This document shows, piece by piece, positions 60,264 through 64,000 of a DNA stretch of 64,000 nt. Under the pieces are notes generated by a model. It had not been told where the DNA came from. It was given only the letters and a program-made list of their open reading frames with translations, and did no database searches. Position 1 is the first letter of the stretch. Every line of letters begins with the position of its first letter. This DNA comes from Alphaproteobacteria bacterium. GTDB lineage: Bacteria > Pseudomonadota > Alphaproteobacteria > UBA8366 > GCA-2717185. The position numbers and the translations under genes are program-made. The stretch spans positions 14,473-78,472 of the forward strand of contig JAKZTB010000106.1 in assembly GCA_047517345.1 (NCBI GenBank). The letters run 5' to 3'.

Positions 60264-61223
60264 GTGGGGGAAACGGTGACGATCCGCGTGCTGATATTGT
60301 CGGCACTGTCGGTGCTGGGTTCAGCCATATTTTGTTACGGCTTGTATTGGCTGGCTGCGCCTGAGTTATTCGGGAGTCCGATAGCCGTCGCATTGCCCGT
60401 CGCGACGCCGGCGCTAATCGCGCCGTCGGTAATTTACTTCACCGAGCGCATGCGCGAGCAACTGCGGTTACACAACATTGAACTGCAGGCTGCGCGGAAC
60501 CGGGCCGAGGAAGCCGACAGGCGGAAAAGCGAGTTTCTTGCGAATCTAAGCCACGAACTGCGCACGCCGCTGAACGCGATCATCGGCTTCTCGGATATGA
60601 TCCGCCAGAACATGTACGGTCCCGTCGACGCTCGATACGAGGAATATGCCGACCTGATTCATAGCAGCGGTCACCACCTGTTGTCGTTGATCGACGACCT
60701 CATGGACGTTTCGAGAATCGAAGCGGGCCGGTACGATTTGTTCCATGAGGAGGTCGATGTGGCCAACGCCATTGCCGAGGCAGTCAAAAATTCCGCCGGA
60801 TTGTTGGACGCATTCGATATGCGGGTTGAAACGAATGACATTGCCGCGGGAACGATCGTGACCTGCGACCGCCGGTCGCTCCGGCAAATACTAATCAATC
60901 TGATCGGTAACGCGGCAAAGTATTCGAAATCGAGCAACCCCATATGCATTTCGGTTTGCGACCGCCAATCCGAAATTGAAATCGACGTCGCGGACGACGG
61001 TAAAGGCATGACGGCGGAAGAAATCGAGACCGCACTCGTGCTGTTTGGGCGCGCCGCCACGGAAGCGGTGGAAACGGAAAGGGGTGCCGGAATAGGGTTG
61101 CCGCTCTCGAAGCATCTGGCGGAGCTGCACGGCGGCACGTTGACGGTAAGGAGTGCGCGCGGGGACGGTACGACGGTGACGGTTAGTCTGCCAAAGACGC
61201 CATCGCCTGCGGGTTCGCGTTGA
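60264..61223 (+). CDS. Membrane-anchored sensor histidine kinase (HisKA + HATPase_c), orphan
   Basis: 319 aa with a GTG start and two N-terminal hydrophobic segments. FLANLSHELRTPLNAI is the H-box, INLIGNAAKYS the N-box, DDGKGM the G1 box and GAGIGLPLSK the G2 box. No response regulator is adjacent. Confidence 0.85.
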   Translation: MGETVTIRVLILSALSVLGSAIFCYGLYWLAAPELFGSPIAVALPVATPALIAPSVIYFTERMREQLRLHNIELQAARNRAEEADRRKSEFLANLSHELRTPLNAIIGFSDMIRQNMYGPVDARYEEYADLIHSSGHHLLSLIDDLMDVSRIEAGRYDLFHEEVDVANAIAEAVKNSAGLLDAFDMRVETNDIAAGTIVTCDRRSLRQILINLIGNAAKYSKSSNPICISVCDRQSEIEIDVADDGKGMTAEEIETALVLFGRAATEAVETERGAGIGLPLSKHLAELHGGTLTVRSARGDGTTVTVSLPKTPSPAGSR

Positions 61224-61301
61224 AGCGTCGATAGCCGTGAAATACCGTACTCGTGCGCGCAACGGGTGTTCTACGAGCCAGACTCTAAGATTGGGGGGCG
61301 T

Positions 61302-62090
61302 ATGAATTTCCAGGACAAGGTCAGCGTCGTCACGGGTGGCGCCTCGGGGATCGGGGCAGCCTGCGCCCGGAACTTCGCAGCGCGGGGCGCCAAGGTCGTC
61401 GTCACCGATCTGAAAGGCGACGGCGCCGAGTCTGTCGCGGCGGAGATCGGCGGGCTCGGTGTCCAATGCAATGTCGGCGATAAGGGCGAAATCGACGCCC
61501 TCGTCGCGGCCGCCGAGGATGCGTACGGCCCGATCGACATTTTCTTCAGCAATGCCGGCATCAATAGCGGGCGGGAGATCTTGAATACCGACCTGTCGGT
61601 GTGGGACGATCACTGGCGGGTCAATGTCATGGCGCATGTCTACGCGGTGCGCGCCGTATTGCCCGGCATGCTGGAACGCTGCGGCGGCACTCTGATTCAT
61701 ACCGCCTCGATGGCCGGAATCCTGATGTCGAACGGCAATCTGCCCTACACGGTGTCCAAGCACGCCGTCGTAGGGCTGGCCGAGTATCTCTCCGTAACAC
61801 ACCACCAACAGGGCATCCGGGTCTCCCTGCTGGCGCCGCTCGGCGTGCGGACGCCCATGCTGGGCGACACCGACAAGCCCTTCGCCCGCAACGCCGCCGG
61901 CCCGATCAAGGAGCCGGAGGCGGTCGCCGAGATGGTTGCCAGCGCGGTCGAGGACGAGCGCTTCCTGATCCTCACCGACGAGATCGCGCAGACCTGGATG
62001 GAAGGCAAGACCGGTGACATCGAACGCTGGCTGCGCGGCATGCGCCGTCTTGCGGAAAAGATCGAGAGCGAGGGCGGACGGGATACTTGA
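61302..62090 (+). CDS. SDR-family oxidoreductase (classical)
   Basis: 262 aa from the ATG at 61302. Motifs: SVVTGGASGIG, SNAG, LPYTVSKHAV (YxxxK). Confidence 0.85.
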   Translation: MNFQDKVSVVTGGASGIGAACARNFAARGAKVVVTDLKGDGAESVAAEIGGLGVQCNVGDKGEIDALVAAAEDAYGPIDIFFSNAGINSGREILNTDLSVWDDHWRVNVMAHVYAVRAVLPGMLERCGGTLIHTASMAGILMSNGNLPYTVSKHAVVGLAEYLSVTHHQQGIRVSLLAPLGVRTPMLGDTDKPFARNAAGPIKEPEAVAEMVASAVEDERFLILTDEIAQTWMEGKTGDIERWLRGMRRLAEKIESEGGRDT

Positions 62091-62149
62091 TCTCAGTCGC
62101 GCGGGGATTAGGGTATTTCCGACTAAGAAATCTGCAATTGAGGCGAGCC

Positions 62150-62920
62150 ATGGATTACGTCCGCGCACCCGAAGCACAAGAACGGCACGGCCTGCGTCTC
62201 GCATTGACGATGGGCGTACCCGGCGCCTGGAGCCAGGCGGCGAAATACGTCTTCGAAATCAAGGATATCCCCTTCGTCCCCGTCGGTCAGGTCGGCGGCC
62301 GCTCGAACGACGAATTGTACGAATGGACGGGGCACCGCAACGCGCCGATTGCCGTCTATGACGACGAGCTGCCGCGCGTCGGCTGGCATGAGATCGTCGC
62401 GCTTGCCGAGCGCCTAAGACCCCAGCCCTCCCTCCTTCCCGCGGACTCGGCATTGCGCGCCGAAACCTTCGGGGTCGTCTCGGAGCTGGCGTCCGAAAAC
62501 GGGCTCGCCTGGCAGCGCCGTCTTCATCTGATTCACGGCATGTATGGAGAGACGGACGAGCGCGTGCACCGCATCGCCGACACGCTCGCTGCCCGCTACG
62601 GCTACTCGCCCGAGGCTTTGGACGACGCGTCGGAACGCGCCGCGGACATCCTGCGGATGCTGTCGGAGAGGCTGGAACGTCAGAAAGCGGGCGGCAGCAC
62701 GTATCTGGTGGGCGACGATTTTACAGCGGCCGACCTCTATTGGGCCTGCTTCTCGCAGCTCGTCGCACCGATGGGCGAGGACGTGAACCCAATGCCCGGC
62801 TTGCTCCGCAAGCTTTACACGGCATCGGAACCCGGCGTCGCCGAGGCGATCGATCCGGCGCTATTGGCGCATCGCGATAGGATATACGAGACGCATCTGA
62901 GCTTGCCGCTCGAATTCTGA
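62150..62920 (+). CDS. Glutathione S-transferase-like / thioredoxin-fold protein (tentative)
   Basis: 256 aa from the ATG at 62150 (GAGG 6 nt upstream). The C-terminal YLVGDDFTAADLYWACF resembles a GST C-domain motif. The N-terminal part is only loosely GST-like. Confidence 0.55.
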   Translation: MDYVRAPEAQERHGLRLALTMGVPGAWSQAAKYVFEIKDIPFVPVGQVGGRSNDELYEWTGHRNAPIAVYDDELPRVGWHEIVALAERLRPQPSLLPADSALRAETFGVVSELASENGLAWQRRLHLIHGMYGETDERVHRIADTLAARYGYSPEALDDASERAADILRMLSERLERQKAGGSTYLVGDDFTAADLYWACFSQLVAPMGEDVNPMPGLLRKLYTASEPGVAEAIDPALLAHRDRIYETHLSLPLEF

Positions 62921-62932
62921 CGCGTCGGCGGA

Positions 62933-64000
62933 TCAATCCCGTTTGGCGGCTTCGATCGCCTGCCAGACGCGCTCTGGGGTTGCCGGCATTGCGATGTTTT
63001 TCACGCCGAACTCGAAGAGGGCGTCGACAATAGCGTTGATCAGCAGCCCAAGAGCTGGGGTCGTGCCGCCTTCGCCGCCGGGCCGGATGCCGTACGGGTG
63101 GGAGGTCGCCGGAACTTCGGTAATCACGGTCTTGATCGGCGGCGTCGTCGTCGCGCGCGGCATCGCGTAGTCCATGAACGATCCGGTCAGAAGCTGCCCG
63201 CTGTCCGTGTCGTAGCGGATCGCCTCCAGCATCGCCTGACCGATTCCCTGCGCCACGGCGCCGTGCGCCTGGCCGTGCAGGATCAGCGGATTGACGGCCA
63301 GTCCGACATCGTCGACGGCGGTCCAGGCGACGATGTCGACATGACCGGTGTCCGGGTCGACCTCAACCTCGCAAACGTGCGCGCCGTAGGGGTAGCCGCC
63401 GGCGCGGTTGGTGATGTCGCCGATCCCATCGAGGGGGCCGTCCGGTGATTTGGCCGCGTTTGCGGCCTCCCAAAGATCGATACTGCCCCCGCTGGGCGCG
63501 CTGAAGGCGCCATCCTTATATGCAATATCTTCCTCGGGCGCCTGCAGGACATGCGCCGCGACCGCTCTACCCTTGGCGACCAGTTCTTCGACCGCCTCGC
63601 CGACCGCGATGCTGACGAGGCGCATGGAGCGGCCGGAATGGGAGCCGCCGCCGACCGATACCCTGTCGGTGTCGTTCGCAATGAAGCGGATTCTGTCGAA
63701 CGGGATTTGCAGCCACGCGCTGACCAGTTGCGGGAAGCTTGTCTCGTGGCCCTGCCCGCTGCTCGTGGTGCCGATGACCAGTTCGACTGTGCCGTCTTCG
63801 CACACCGTCAGCTCGGCGCGTTCGCGTGGGATGCCGCTGGTGACTTCGATATAGTTGGCGACGCTGATGCCGCGGCAGAGGCCGCGCGTGGCCGACTCTA
63901 CCTTGCGCGCCGCGAAGCCGGCCCAGTCCGCCTCGCGCAGCGCATTATCCATGCAATCCGCGTAGTCGCCGCTGTCATAGGTCACGCCGACGCCGTTGGT
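62933..64000 (-). CDS. Xanthine dehydrogenase family molybdopterin-binding large subunit (paralog 4), C-terminal part only; gene continues beyond the right edge
   Basis: The frame stays open to position 64000 (TNGVGVTYDSGDYADC...). Motifs: NPLILHGQAHGAVAQGIGQAMLE, GIRPGGEGGTTPALGLLINAIVDAL. The track 'M' at 63985 is an internal GTG. Confidence 0.85.
   Translation of the reverse strand, partial: TNGVGVTYDSGDYADCMDNALREADWAGFAARKVESATRGLCRGISVANYIEVTSGIPRERAELTVCEDGTVELVIGTTSSGQGHETSFPQLVSAWLQIPFDRIRFIANDTDRVSVGGGSHSGRSMRLVSIAVGEAVEELVAKGRAVAAHVLQAPEEDIAYKDGAFSAPSGGSIDLWEAANAAKSPDGPLDGIGDITNRAGGYPYGAHVCEVEVDPDTGHVDIVAWTAVDDVGLAVNPLILHGQAHGAVAQGIGQAMLEAIRYDTDSGQLLTGSFMDYAMPRATTTPPIKTVITEVPATSHPYGIRPGGEGGTTPALGLLINAIVDALFEFGVKNIAMPATPERVWQAIEAAKRD

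Noticed and set aside
1-64000. CRISPR arrays, tRNA/rRNA genes, integrases, transposases, prophage genes
   Set aside because: Scanning intergenic regions and the ORF track revealed no regularly spaced repeats, no cloverleaf-like or rRNA-like segments, and no recombinase or phage structural motifs. The AT-rich inserts lack mobility genes.

Overview
GC-rich bacterial chromosomal segment. The protein families and composition look alphaproteobacterial, but the taxon cannot be fixed from sequence alone. I call about 60 protein-coding loci and found no rRNA, tRNA, CRISPR array, integrase or transposase. The window is mostly accessory catabolic operons, many with 1-4 nt start/stop overlaps: (i) four paralogous molybdenum-hydroxylase (CoxL/XDH-type) large-subunit genes with no small or medium subunit genes nearby, two of them bracketing a class-1B DHOD-like PyrD/PyrK pair and an XRE regulator; (ii) a PhtD-like decarboxylase / HCCA-isomerase / LLM / amidohydrolase / TauD cluster; (iii) a six-gene thiolase-DUF35-amidohydrolase-SDR-PhyH-cupin operon; (iv) an NMT1-like / DUF2848 / cupin cluster plus an HpaB-HpaC-LLM cluster; (v) a UbiD-crotonase-OCD-CoA-transferase-LamB/YcsF operon; (vi) an NMO-ACAD-TauD-TauD-CoA-transferase-deacetylase-2OG-oxygenase operon. 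Items outside routine annotation: an AT-rich island (14.8-17.8 kb) encoding two orphan membrane proteins that share an extracytoplasmic module and meet at a T8 tract; a small AT-richer insert carrying a DUF4160 / DUF2442-HTH two-gene module with palindromic operator-like sites; a ~275-bp MITE-like element with 32/33-matching inverted termini; an unassigned 421-aa protein paired with a stand-alone cNMP-binding protein; and five otherwise intact genes each broken by one lesion (in-frame TAG, in-frame TAA, three 1-nt frameshifts). All function calls rest on motifs I recognise by eye. No database search, HMM or structure prediction was run, and start codons are best guesses from RBS and overlap context.
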